Below are positions 39,238 through 49,089 of a DNA stretch of 64,000 bases, piece by piece (position 1 is the first letter of the stretch; each line of letters starts with the position of its first letter). The stretch spans positions 2,336,001 to 2,400,000 of the forward strand of contig OZ224045.1 in the NCBI GenBank assembly GCA_963665325.3. Reading direction: 5' to 3'. A program made the translations under genes and the position numbers. The stretch is from Alphaproteobacteria bacterium (GTDB lineage Bacteria > Pseudomonadota > Alphaproteobacteria > Bin95). The notes under the pieces were generated by a model. That model was not told the origin of the DNA and ran no database searches. It worked only from the letters and a program-made list of their open reading frames with translations.

Positions 39238-40770
39238 ATGAGCGACATCGTTGACATGCTGGAAGCCAAACGCGCCCAGGCCCGTCTCGGCGGCGGCGAG
39301 CGGCGCATCGACGCGCAGCACCGGCGCGGCAAGTTGACGGCGCGCGAGCGCCTGGAGGTGCTGCTCGACGAAGGCTCATTCGAGGAATACGACATGTTCG
39401 TCGAGCATCGCTGCGCCGATTTCGGCATGGAGGCGCAGCGCGTGCCCGGCGACGGCGTGGTCACCGGCCACGGCACCGTCAACGGGCGGCTGGTCTTCTT
39501 TTTCAGCCAGGATTTCACCGTGTTTGGCGGCTCGCTCTCGGAGACCCATGCGGAGAAGATCTGCAAGGTGATGGACCGGGCCATGAAGGTGGGCGCGCCG
39601 GTCGTCGGCCTGAACGACTCCGGCGGTGCGCGCATCCAGGAAGGCGTCGCCTCGCTCGGCGGCTACGCCGAGGTGTTCCAGCGCAATGTGCTGGCTTCAG
39701 GCGTGGTGCCGCAGGTCTCGGTCATCATGGGGCCTTGCGCGGGCGGCGCGGTCTATTCCCCGGCGATGACCGACTTCATCTTCATGGTGGAGGACACCTC
39801 CTTCATGTATGTCACCGGCCCGGACGTGGTGCGCACCGTGACCCACGAGACGGTGAGCCATGAAGAGCTGGGCGGCGCGCGCACCCACGCCCGGCGGTCC
39901 GGAGTGGCCGACCTCGCGCTCGACAACGATATCGAGGCGCTGTTGCAGGTGCGGCGGTTCCTCGGCTTCCTGCCGTCCTCCAACCGCGAGGCGCCCCCGT
40001 TTAGGCCGACGGAAGACCCGATCGAGCGCCAGGAGCCGTCGCTCGACAGCCTGGTGCCCGACAATCCGAACAAGCCCTATGACATCAAGGAGCTGATCCG
40101 CAAGACGGCGGATGAGGGCGTCTTCTTCGAGCTCCAGCCGGACTGGGCGGGCAATATCGTCATTGGCTTCGCCCGCTATGGCGGCCAGCCGGTGGGCGTC
40201 GTCGCCAACCAGCCGATGGTGCTGGCGGGTTGCCTCGATATCGACAGCGCCAGAAAAGCGGGGCGTTTCGTGCGTTTCTGCGACGCCTTCAACCTGCCGA
40301 TCGTCACCTTCGTCGATGTGCCGGGCTTCCTGCCTGGCACCGTCCAGGAATACGGAGGCATCATCAAGCATGGCGCCAAGCTGCTGTTCGCCTATGCCGA
40401 AGCGACGGTGCCGAAGGTGACGCTGATTACACGCAAGGCCTATGGCGGGGCCTATGACGTGATGAGCTCCAAGCATCTGCGCGGCGATGTGAACTATGCC
40501 TGGCCGCAGGCCGAAATCGCCGTGATGGGTGCGAAGGGCGCGGTCGAGATCATCTTCCGCCAGGACATTGGCGACGAGGAAAAGATCGCCGGCCGGACGG
40601 CGGAATATGCGGAGAAATTCGCCAACCCCTTCATCGCCTCTGCGCGCGGCTATATCGACGACGTGATCCGGCCGCGCAACACCCGCTTCCGCATTTGCCG
40701 GTCGCTGGAGGTGCTGCGCAACAAGCGGTTGGAAAATCCCTGGAAGAAGCACGACAATATCCCGCTCTAG
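39238..40770 (+). CDS. pccB: Propionyl-CoA carboxylase beta subunit
   Basis: [35 protein letters not shown]. Confidence 0.93.
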   Translation: MSDIVDMLEAKRAQARLGGGERRIDAQHRRGKLTARERLEVLLDEGSFEEYDMFVEHRCADFGMEAQRVPGDGVVTGHGTVNGRLVFFFSQDFTVFGGSLSETHAEKICKVMDRAMKVGAPVVGLNDSGGARIQEGVASLGGYAEVFQRNVLASGVVPQVSVIMGPCAGGAVYSPAMTDFIFMVEDTSFMYVTGPDVVRTVTHETVSHEELGGARTHARRSGVADLALDNDIEALLQVRRFLGFLPSSNREAPPFRPTEDPIERQEPSLDSLVPDNPNKPYDIKELIRKTADEGVFFELQPDWAGNIVIGFARYGGQPVGVVANQPMVLAGCLDIDSARKAGRFVRFCDAFNLPIVTFVDVPGFLPGTVQEYGGIIKHGAKLLFAYAEATVPKVTLITRKAYGGAYDVMSSKHLRGDVNYAWPQAEIAVMGAKGAVEIIFRQDIGDEEKIAGRTAEYAEKFANPFIASARGYIDDVIRPRNTRFRICRSLEVLRNKRLENPWKKHDNIPL

Positions 40771-40793
40771 GGCGCGCGGGAGGGGCAGCAGCG

Positions 40794-42335
40794 ATGCAAT
40801 TCGAGACCTTCGACTGGATCGCGCACAATGCCGCGCGGCGGCCGGAAAAGACCGCGCTGGTCGATCTCGCGAGCGGTCGCGACATCGACTACGCACAGAT
40901 GGACCGGCGGGTCGGGAGTCTGGCGGGCTTCCTACGAGGCCGTCTAGGAATCGAGCCCGGCGACCGCGTGGCCCTGCTGGCGGAGAATTCGAGCGACTAT
41001 CTGGAGATTCAATTCGCCTGCTTCCGCATCGGCGCGGTGTTCGTGCCGCTCAACTGGCGGCTCACCGTGCCGGAACTGTCATATATCGTGGGCGACGCCG
41101 CGCCGAAGGCGATGATCCACGACCGCGGCTTTGCTGAAGCGGTTGCGGCCGTGCAGGCGGAAGCCGGCTTCGAGCACCGGCTGGAAACCGCCGCCGACGG
41201 CAGTCCGTCGGACTATGAGGCGGCGATAGGGGATGGGCCCTACGAGGCGGAGATGGTCCGCCAGGAGATGTCGGACCTCTCGACCATCATGTACACCTCC
41301 GGTACCACCGGCCTGCCCAAGGGCGCGCGCATCACCCACGGCATGACCTTCGTGAACACGGTGAATGTCGGGCTCCCGCACCGGATTTCCGCCGATTCGG
41401 TCACGCTCACCGTGCTGCCGCTGTTCCATACCGGCGGGCTCAACGCCTATGCCAATCCCGTGCTGCACGCGGGCGGCACGGTGCTGGTCGCCCGGCGCTT
41501 CGACCCGGAGGAATGCCTCCGGTTGCTCGCCGACCCGGCGGCCGGCGTCACCAACTTCCTCGGCGTGCCGGCCAACTTCCAGTTCATGGCGCAGCTTCCG
41601 GACTTCGAGAAGGCCGATTTCAGCCATGTTTCGGTGTTCGGCGTCGGCGCCGCCCCCACGCCGCATGCGCTGATCGAGGTCTGGGCGGCAAGGGGCGGGC
41701 CGCTCGCCCAGGCCTACGGCATGACCGAGACCGCACCGGTGGTGATGGCGCTCGACCCGGTGGACGCGACCCGCAAGATCGGCTCGGCCGGCAAGCCGGT
41801 GCTCTATACCCGCACGCGGGTGATAACCGAGGACGGCCGCCCGGCCGCGCCGGGAGAAAGGGGCGAACTCCAGGTGGCCGGGCCGAACGTGACGCCCGGC
41901 TACTGGAACAAGGCGAAGGAAACGGCGGAGTCCTTCAACGGCGAATGGCTGAAGACGGGCGACGCAGTCTGGGTCGACGACGAGGGCTACTACTACATCG
42001 TGGACCGCTGGAAGGACATGTACATCTCCGGCGGCGAGAACGTCTATCCGGCGGAGGTCGAGAATGTGCTCTACCGGCTGGACGGCATAGCGGAAGCCGC
42101 CGTGATCGGCATTCCGGACGAGCGCTGGGGCGAAGTCGGCTGCGCGGTGGTCGTTTGCCGCGAGGGCGAGGCCCTCGAGCCGCAGTCGATTCTCGATCAC
42201 TGCGCCGGCCAACTCGCCCGTTTCAAGCAGCCACGCCGCATTCTGTTCACCAACGCGCTCCCCCGCAACGCCACCGGCAAGGTGCTCAAACACGAACTCC
42301 ACCGCATGTTGGGGGAGGGGGAGTTGGGGGAATAG
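40794..42335 (+). CDS. Long-chain acyl-CoA synthetase
   Basis: YTSGTTGLPKG, YGMTE, TGD, SGGENVYPAE. Confidence 0.92.
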   Translation: MQFETFDWIAHNAARRPEKTALVDLASGRDIDYAQMDRRVGSLAGFLRGRLGIEPGDRVALLAENSSDYLEIQFACFRIGAVFVPLNWRLTVPELSYIVGDAAPKAMIHDRGFAEAVAAVQAEAGFEHRLETAADGSPSDYEAAIGDGPYEAEMVRQEMSDLSTIMYTSGTTGLPKGARITHGMTFVNTVNVGLPHRISADSVTLTVLPLFHTGGLNAYANPVLHAGGTVLVARRFDPEECLRLLADPAAGVTNFLGVPANFQFMAQLPDFEKADFSHVSVFGVGAAPTPHALIEVWAARGGPLAQAYGMTETAPVVMALDPVDATRKIGSAGKPVLYTRTRVITEDGRPAAPGERGELQVAGPNVTPGYWNKAKETAESFNGEWLKTGDAVWVDDEGYYYIVDRWKDMYISGGENVYPAEVENVLYRLDGIAEAAVIGIPDERWGEVGCAVVVCREGEALEPQSILDHCAGQLARFKQPRRILFTNALPRNATGKVLKHELHRMLGEGELGE

Positions 42336-42342
42336 AAGCCGG

Positions 42343-43290
42343 TCATCCCTTCGGCGCCTTTTCCTGCACTGCTGCATCCCATTTGAATTTCGACGCCCGT
42401 GCGAGCCGTTCGACGTCCACCACTCCGGTAAGGCGCCGCCCGCCCACGATCCACGTCGGATATCGCCGGATGTCCTGAACCGTGCAGGCGGCCGTGAGGG
42501 GGCCGTTCGGTCCCGAGGGAGCGCATTCGGTATAGGGCAGGCGCTTGGCGGAGGCGGTGAACAGGGCCTTCTGCTCCTGGCAGGCGCGGCACCAGTAGGC
42601 GCCGTAGAAACGTGCGCCGCTATCCTGCAAGTGGGTTGCAAGCGCCTCTAGATAGGGGTCCTCCGGACCGGCGGCGGAGTCGAAGAGGCCGCTGAAATGC
42701 AGATGGAGGCCGAGCACCAGGACAAGGGCGGCGCTGACCGGATACAGCAGGGTGCTGCGCCACTCCCGCGCCGGCGTCGCGGAAGGGCGGCGCAGGACCG
42801 CGAGCAGGAACAGCAGGTTCATGAGCGCGAATGAGGCAAGGCAGTATTCGCAGACCGCCTCGATCTCGAAGACGGACACCAGGGTCAGGAACCAGCTCAC
42901 GCCAAAGCCGACACAGGCGACGAGAAACAACGCGCCCCATGCCGACGGCCGGGAGCGCAGGCGCCACGCCAGACCGGCCAGGAGCGCATAGGTAAGCAGC
43001 CCCCACAGTGCCATCGGCAGGCCGAACAGGGTGGACCATCGGCTCGACTGCACGATGTCGCAGTCCGAATCCACTCCGCAATAAGCCGGGTGTTCGCCGA
43101 ACCAGGCAACCAGCGTCAGGTAGCCGGTGAGCAGGACACCGAGCCCCGCCAGGCCGAGGAGCCAATTGTCGAGGGAGCGGATCGGGTGCGCCGTCGCTCG
43201 GGAGCCGCCCGGGGCCCGCTTCGGGGCAGGAGCGCTCTCAGCGCGGCCGCGACGGACGCTGGAGCTTGGTCGTTTACGCTTCCTGGGCAT
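42343..43290 (-). CDS. VKOR-thioredoxin fusion disulfide-forming enzyme
   Basis: VKOR Cys pair (CGVDSDC), CEYC, five TM segments, then YGAYWCRAC, a second Cys pair and YPTW. Confidence 0.9.
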   Translation of the reverse strand: MPRKRKRPSSSVRRGRAESAPAPKRAPGGSRATAHPIRSLDNWLLGLAGLGVLLTGYLTLVAWFGEHPAYCGVDSDCDIVQSSRWSTLFGLPMALWGLLTYALLAGLAWRLRSRPSAWGALFLVACVGFGVSWFLTLVSVFEIEAVCEYCLASFALMNLLFLLAVLRRPSATPAREWRSTLLYPVSAALVLVLGLHLHFSGLFDSAAGPEDPYLEALATHLQDSGARFYGAYWCRACQEQKALFTASAKRLPYTECAPSGPNGPLTAACTVQDIRRYPTWIVGGRRLTGVVDVERLARASKFKWDAAVQEKAPKG

Positions 43291-43390
43291 CGTTCACGCA
43301 TCCCGCCTGTCGGTTCGGCCCGCCTCTTGAGGCGACGGCGCTGTGGCACGGTATATTACGAAACCGCCTGTATTGGATCGGGGGTCAACC

Positions 43391-44422
43391 TTACGGATCG
43401 GCAAGGTCGTCAGCGCGCGCTGCCCGGCCCCGTTCAGCCGGTTCCGGGCGCCGGCGGCCGCCGCCTCCTTCCGCAAGCTTCCGTTCGCGCCAGTAGACGT
43501 AGATGCCGGAGCCGGCGATGAGCGTGCAGCCGAGCAGGACCCAGAGATCGGGGAGGTGGTCGAACACGAGCCAGCCGAGTGCGATGGCGGAGGGGAGCGC
43601 CACATATTCGAAGGGCGCGAGCGTGGCCGCGTCGGCCAGCCTGTAGGCCTGGGTCAGCGCATAGGCGATGAAGCCGGAGAGGCCGCCGAGCAGCACGAAG
43701 ACCAGCCAGTGCTCCAGCGTCGGCCAGACCCACGCGCGGAACAGGAAAAGCCAGCTCTTGTTCTCCACGCCCTCGGCAAAGCGCCCGTCTCCGGCGACGA
43801 TGAAGAAGCCCAGGCTGACCGCGATGAACATGCCCTGGATATAGATCGCCATTGCCGAGGCCGGCGCGCTTGCACGGAGCTTCCGCGTGAGGATCTGCAT
43901 GGTGGCGTAGGCGAGCGCGGCCACCATGGGCAGCAGCAGGGTCAGCCTGTCGGGAGCGTGTTCGAGCTCCTCGGCTCCGGGGCGAAGCATGACCAGCACG
44001 CCGGCGAACCCGACCGCGACGGCGGAGAACCGCCGGATGCCGACCTTCTCGCCGAGGAAGGGGATGGAAAGCAGCGTGATGAGCAGCGGGGCGACGAAAA
44101 AGAGCGCCGTTACGTCGGCCAGCGGCACCGACGCCAGCGCGCCGAAGAACGCAAGGTTTGCGACAACCATGCAGAGCCCGCGCGCGATATGGGCGGCGGG
44201 ACGCCCGGTGCGGAGCGCCTTCAGCCCGCCTTCGAATTGCAGCACGACGAGGCTGAACAGCAGCGCCACCGCCGCGCGCACGAACACGATCTCGTGCAGC
44301 GGGTAACGGTCCGAGAACACCTTGACGATGGAGTCGTTGACGGTGATGACGACCATCCCGAGGCATATGAAGGCGATGCCCAGGCGGGGATCGTTCGCCG
44401 GTCGAAACGAACTGCTTGCCAT
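43391..44422 (-). CDS. DMT/EamA family transporter
   Basis: ~10 TM segments; FLGEKVG, LAPFEY. Confidence 0.9.
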   Translation of the reverse strand: MASSSFRPANDPRLGIAFICLGMVVITVNDSIVKVFSDRYPLHEIVFVRAAVALLFSLVVLQFEGGLKALRTGRPAAHIARGLCMVVANLAFFGALASVPLADVTALFFVAPLLITLLSIPFLGEKVGIRRFSAVAVGFAGVLVMLRPGAEELEHAPDRLTLLLPMVAALAYATMQILTRKLRASAPASAMAIYIQGMFIAVSLGFFIVAGDGRFAEGVENKSWLFLFRAWVWPTLEHWLVFVLLGGLSGFIAYALTQAYRLADAATLAPFEYVALPSAIALGWLVFDHLPDLWVLLGCTLIAGSGIYVYWRERKLAEGGGGRRRPEPAERGRAARADDLADP

Positions 44423-44583
44423 CTGCGGGAGAGCCCTTGAAACCCCGGACGGAACGGCGCCGCCCGGTTGCCGGAATCATAGGGACATCCCGCCGCCCGC
44501 GACAACGGGGAAATGCGTCGGCGCGAGAGTGGCGAACGCCTTTCGCGCCGGGAGGCCGCCGGCGTCGGGAAGCGCCGCCCGCC

Positions 44584-45942
44584 TCAGTGCCGCCAGTTCC
44601 CGGTTCGGGCGTAGTCGAGGCCCAGATGGTCGCGCAGCGTCGGGCCGGTGTAGTCCTTGCGGTAGAGGCCGCGCTTCTGCAGTTCCGGCACGACATGCTC
44701 GATGAGGTCCTCGAACGAGCCGTGGAAGTGCGTCGCGCCGATGACGAAGCCGTCCGAACCGCGCTCGACGAAGAACTCCTCCATCCGGTCCGCAACCTCC
44801 TTCGGCCCGCCGACCCACGGGTCCTTCAGCAGCCCGCGGCCGGTGGCGGTCATGAAATCGCGCACCGTCGGGTTGGGATTGCCGGTCACCTGCACGGCGC
44901 GGTCGCGCATCGACTGCATGCCGGTCAGGCCCTCCATTTCCTCGTCGCTGAACGGCTCGTCCATGCCCTTCTTCGCGAAGTCGTAATTGAGCGCTTCCGA
45001 GAGCAGCGAGAGCTGGTCGGTCTCGTTCGGCAGCGTGTCGTAGAGCGCGCGCTTGTCCTCGGCCTCCATCAGGCTCTCGCCGACCATCGGGTAGAACAGG
45101 CTCGCGATCTTCATGCTATCCGGGTCCCGCCCGTGGGCCGCGCAATCGTCCTTGAGCGCCTTGTAGGCGGGCTTCGCCGCTTCGAGGCTCGGATAGGCCA
45201 CGAAGATCAGTTCGCCCCAGCGCGCCGCGAATTGCCGACCGCGCCCGGATTGACCGGCCTGGATGACCACCGGATGGCCCTGGGCCGAACGCGGAACGGT
45301 GAACGGCCCGCGGGACTTGAAGAACTCGCCCTCATGGTCGAGCCGGTGAACCTTGTCCGGATCGGCGAAGACGTTGTTCTCCCGGTCGAGCACCAGCGCG
45401 TCGTCGTCCCAGGCGTCCCAATGGCCGTGCACCACCTCCATGAACTCGTCGGCGCGGTCGTAGCGCAGGTCGTGCGCAGTCACGCCGTCGCGTCCCATGT
45501 TGAGCGCCTCGTTCTCGTTGACCGAGGTGACGACATTCCAGGCGGCGCGGCCGTTGGACATGAGGTCGAGGGTCGAGAACATGCGCGCGACATGGAACGG
45601 GTCGTAATAGGTCGTCGAGCAGGTGGCCCCGAGGCCGAGCCGCTCCGTCGCCATGCCCATCGCCATCAGGGTGACGATGGGGTCCATCTTCACGCAGCGT
45701 ATGCCGTGCTCGACCGTGTGCGCATGGTCCTTGCCGAACATGTCCGGCATGGCAAGCCGGTCGTCGAAGAAGCCGATATCGAACTTGCCGTGCTCCAGCA
45801 GGCGGGCGAGGTCGCGATAATAGTCGGCCGACATGAAGTCCAGCCGCGCGTCCGGATGGCGCCAGGCGGCGGGCAGGGTCGAACAATTCTGCGCCTGGAG
45901 GAAGGCGACCAGGGTGATCTGGCGGTCGGGTTTTCGGCTCAT
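44584..45942 (-). CDS. NtaA/DszA/SnaA-type flavin monooxygenase (LLM class)
   Basis: AWRHP, LDLMSNGRAAWNVVTS, QAGQSGRG, VPELQKRG. Confidence 0.9.
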   Translation of the reverse strand: MSRKPDRQITLVAFLQAQNCSTLPAAWRHPDARLDFMSADYYRDLARLLEHGKFDIGFFDDRLAMPDMFGKDHAHTVEHGIRCVKMDPIVTLMAMGMATERLGLGATCSTTYYDPFHVARMFSTLDLMSNGRAAWNVVTSVNENEALNMGRDGVTAHDLRYDRADEFMEVVHGHWDAWDDDALVLDRENNVFADPDKVHRLDHEGEFFKSRGPFTVPRSAQGHPVVIQAGQSGRGRQFAARWGELIFVAYPSLEAAKPAYKALKDDCAAHGRDPDSMKIASLFYPMVGESLMEAEDKRALYDTLPNETDQLSLLSEALNYDFAKKGMDEPFSDEEMEGLTGMQSMRDRAVQVTGNPNPTVRDFMTATGRGLLKDPWVGGPKEVADRMEEFFVERGSDGFVIGATHFHGSFEDLIEHVVPELQKRGLYRKDYTGPTLRDHLGLDYARTGNWRH

Positions 45943-45973
45943 ATTTGCGGCTTCTGTCTCCGGTTTTCGCCTT

Positions 45974-47242
45974 TCAGCCTGCCGCCATTCGCGAACGCCG
46001 TCCAGCCGCTTCCGCGCCGAAGAGAGCGCGACGCCAGAGGAATGCGATCAGCGCCGTGCCGGCGAGGCCCGCAACCGCATAGCTCATCACCGTTGTCCGG
46101 TAGCCGACCATCTCGATCAGGACGCCGCCGAGCGGCAGGCCGACGGCCATGCCATAGACCATGAGCATCCGCACCCCCATCACCATCCCCCTGAGCCGCG
46201 GATTGCTGCGACGGAGCAGGAACACGGTAAGGCCGATCATCGCCAGGCCCTGAACAACCCCCACAGCGGCCAGCACCGCCATGGCGGCCCATTTCTCCGT
46301 CATCTGCGAGAAGACCATGAGCAGCAGGTACCAGACGGCCACGCCCGCGAATACGGCGCCGACCGGGGACCGGCGCGGGCCGCCGCCCACGGCCATGGCG
46401 AGGGAGCCAACGAAGGCGCCGGCGGCGTAGCTGGCGAGAAGGTCCGAGAGGCCGACCGCATCCAGTCCGTAAACCTCCCGCGCGGCATAGGGCATCAGCC
46501 CGCTGGAGACGGGGAAGCCGCAGAAATTGACCAGGAAGGCCAGCCACATGGCCGCCATCAGCGCGGGCGTGCGCCGGATATGCCGGAAGCCGACCCTTAG
46601 CTCCGCCAGCATGGACAGGCCCCTGCCGCCCGGGCGCGCGCGCCGCCCGCCAACGCCGAAGCTAAGCGCGAAGGCCGCAAGATAGAAGGCGCTGACGACC
46701 AGGTAGGCGGGGCCGATGCCGAGCGACTCGAGCAGCCTCGCCCCGATCAGCACGCCCCCGATGCGCGCCAGGTCCTGCGCCATCCGCGAGAACCCCATAG
46801 CGTTCACGAGCAGCCGGTCGGCCATCGTGTCGCCGACCAGGGCATTGCGCATCACAAGGTCGGATGGGCGGACCAGTCCGGCGAGCGCGGCGATGGCGAA
46901 CACCGAAGCCGGGTCGAGCCTGTCCGCGAGGCCGAGTCCGGCGAGGCAGCCTGCCAGCAGCAGGTAGAAGGCGCGCATGGCCGCGATCATGGTGCGCCGG
47001 CCGAGCCGGTCGGCGAGCGAGCCCATCGCCGGGGCCAGCAGCGTGCCGAGGAACTGGAGCGCGGCGAACGCGGTCTGGAGCATCACCGATCCGGTCGCAA
47101 CGAGCACAAACCAGTTGAGGATCAGCGTCTCCATCTCGAAAGCGAGCGAAGTGGCGAGGTCGCCCGGCCACTGGAACCGGAAGCTGCGCACGGCGAACGG
47201 CGCGAAGACGCGGCGCAGCGGGGAGGAGCGCTCAACCTGCAT
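45974..47242 (-). CDS. MFS transporter
   Basis: GSLADRLGRR; ~12 TM segments. Start reassigned. Confidence 0.88.
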   Translation of the reverse strand: MQVERSSPLRRVFAPFAVRSFRFQWPGDLATSLAFEMETLILNWFVLVATGSVMLQTAFAALQFLGTLLAPAMGSLADRLGRRTMIAAMRAFYLLLAGCLAGLGLADRLDPASVFAIAALAGLVRPSDLVMRNALVGDTMADRLLVNAMGFSRMAQDLARIGGVLIGARLLESLGIGPAYLVVSAFYLAAFALSFGVGGRRARPGGRGLSMLAELRVGFRHIRRTPALMAAMWLAFLVNFCGFPVSSGLMPYAAREVYGLDAVGLSDLLASYAAGAFVGSLAMAVGGGPRRSPVGAVFAGVAVWYLLLMVFSQMTEKWAAMAVLAAVGVVQGLAMIGLTVFLLRRSNPRLRGMVMGVRMLMVYGMAVGLPLGGVLIEMVGYRTTVMSYAVAGLAGTALIAFLWRRALFGAEAAGRRSRMAAG

Positions 47243-47318
47243 GTCGGAAATCGGTCTTACTCCGGCCCGGCGCGGCCCCTGGCTTTCAACTCGCGGCGCC
47301 ATGCTACCTTGCGTGTCC

Positions 47319-48413
47319 ATGACAGACGAGAACGACCGCCTTGTCGATGCGATAACCGCCATCCTGCCGCCATTGCTGAATGCGCTGGACGGCCTCGAAT
47401 TCGCAGCCCGCAATCTCCATCCGGAGGGACTGGAGCGGTTGTGGTCGATTCTCGCGCCGCTCGACGCCGCTCTCCGCAGCGCCCGCCCGGCATTGGAGGA
47501 AGCCGCCTGGCCCGAACGACTCGACGGCCCGAAGCAGGCGTTGTCGGGAAGTGCCGACACGGCGCTCGACGCGCTGGCGCGCATGGAGGTGGCGGGCGGC
47601 ACCGGAGACATGCAGGAGGCGCTTCGGGGCACGCGCGCCCGGGCCCCGGCGCTGGAATATCTCTACCCGCTCTCGCCCATGCTGCCGCCGGTCAGCAAGT
47701 TCTTCCTGGAACCTTCGGCCCGCGGCGACGAGGAGCGTCTGGAGCGTCTCGCCCGGCCCTCCCGGCTGGAAGCGGGCGTCACGCATTTCGGCAACGGCCG
47801 CGGCGAGCGCGGCGGCTGGTCGCTGTTCGTGCCGGAGGACCTTGACCCCGATACGCCTGCGCCGCTCGCGGTGGCGCTGCACGGCGGCGGCGGGCACGGG
47901 CGGCTGTTCCTCTGGAGCTGGATTCGCGCCGCGCGCACGGCGGGCGCGATTCTGGCCGCGCCGACCTCGACCGCCCGGACCTGGGCGCTGATGGGCGACG
48001 ACCCCGATACGCCCCGCCTGCAGGAGATCGTGGCGGAAATCCGTGAGCGGCATACGGTCGACCCGGCGCGGTTGCTGCTGACCGGCATGAGCGACGGCGC
48101 CACTTTCGGCTATGTCTCCGCTCTGCCGTCGGACGGCCCCTGGACGCATCTGGCGCCCTTCTCCGGCACGTTCCATCCCATGCTGCTCGAGTTCGTCAGC
48201 GCCGACCGGCTCAGCGGCCTGCCGATCTATCTGGCGCACGGAGCGCTCGACTGGATGTTCCCGGTCGGCATCGCGCGCGCCGCCCGCGATGCGTTCTCGG
48301 CGCGGGGTGCGGCCGTCGTCTACCGCGAACTCCCGGACCTGGCCCACGCCTTCCCGACCGAGGAATGCGCCGCCGTGCTCGCCTGGCTGAAGGAAACGCC
48401 GGCAGCCGGCTAA
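47319..48413 (+). CDS. Phospholipase/carboxylesterase family hydrolase
   Basis: ALHGGGG, GMSDG, HGALD, AHAFP. Confidence 0.85.
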   Translation: MTDENDRLVDAITAILPPLLNALDGLEFAARNLHPEGLERLWSILAPLDAALRSARPALEEAAWPERLDGPKQALSGSADTALDALARMEVAGGTGDMQEALRGTRARAPALEYLYPLSPMLPPVSKFFLEPSARGDEERLERLARPSRLEAGVTHFGNGRGERGGWSLFVPEDLDPDTPAPLAVALHGGGGHGRLFLWSWIRAARTAGAILAAPTSTARTWALMGDDPDTPRLQEIVAEIRERHTVDPARLLLTGMSDGATFGYVSALPSDGPWTHLAPFSGTFHPMLLEFVSADRLSGLPIYLAHGALDWMFPVGIARAARDAFSARGAAVVYRELPDLAHAFPTEECAAVLAWLKETPAAG

Positions 48414-48424
48414 GGTGCCGGGAT

Positions 48425-48482
48425 TGTCATGAAGTGTCATGTTTTGTCATGCGGCCCGCCGGAAATGTCATGTTTTGTCATG
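48425..48482. repeat. Five phased TGTCATG heptamers
   Basis: Starts at 48425, 48435, 48445, 48466, 48476 (spacings 10, 10, 21, 10). Confidence 0.92.
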
Positions 48483-48569
48483 GTCCGCCGCGCCTCCGGT
48501 CCCGTTGCTGCCCATCCGTATCCCGCATGCCGTTCCTCCATCGCGTTTCGTTCCACTCCGTTCCCGCCG

Positions 48570-48661
48570 CCGCGCCGAACGCGGCGAGCATTGCAGATGG
48601 CGGCGTTGACGCCGCCCGCGCCGAACGCGGCGAACATTGCAGATGGCGGCGTTGACGCCGC
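48570..48661. repeat. 46-bp tandem duplication (1 mismatch)
   Basis: CCGCGCCGAACGCGGCGA(G/A)CATTGCAGATGGCGGCGTTGACGCCGC at 48570 and 48616. Confidence 0.92.
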
Positions 48662-48887
48662 CGCCGGCTCCCTCGCGTGGCGGGACCCTGTTTCGCGCGT
48701 ATCGCGCCCCCGCGCCCGCCCGTCGGCGCGCGTTAGCGCCGGCGCGGTTCGCGCGCCTGATTGCGCCCGCGAGCGGGAGACCCCGAAATCAGGGCGCACG
48801 TCTCCCGTCCGTTTCTCGAGGGTCTTTTCGCGCCGGCGCGAACCGGGACGGAGAGCGGCTCCCGGGAGGCCGCTTCCTTCCTCCCGC

Positions 48888-48917
48888 CTTATATGGGCGC
48901 GGCATTTCGGGAGTCAA
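48888..48917 (-). promoter_or_regulatory. Putative promoter reading into the structured element
   Basis: Minus strand TTGACT (48917-48912), 17 bp, ATATAA(G), with an AT-rich tract upstream. Confidence 0.5.
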
Positions 48918-49089
48918 CCTGATTTAGGAATATTATTCGAAAAAACGAACAAACAGGTTTGCCGACCCGATTTCGCTGTCGAACCGGCAATCCGCGCGGC
49001 AATGGGATTTTCGCCCGATTGGGATTATGTATCGGCGGGGCAGGCGCACCGCGCCGCCTCGATGGAACGTAAGGAAGCGGGAAACCGGC

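Larger units (their letters stand above)
48422..48950. other. Structured intergenic element (MITE-like repeat or ncRNA locus)
   Basis: No credible ORF. Phased heptamers, tandem duplication, many inverted repeats and a minus-strand promoter. Confidence 0.55.

Noticed and set aside
48570-48661. Possible CRISPR mini-array
   Set aside because: Only two adjacent units, no spacer between them and no cas genes.
48756-48807. HDV-like ribozyme
   Set aside because: Could not place P3/L3, P1.1 or the catalytic J4/2 in the required order on either strand.
48928-48950. Alphaproteobacterial LexA box (GAAC-N7-GAAC) near the element promoter
   Set aside because: Best match is GAAT-N7-GAAA, with two mismatches; too weak to call.
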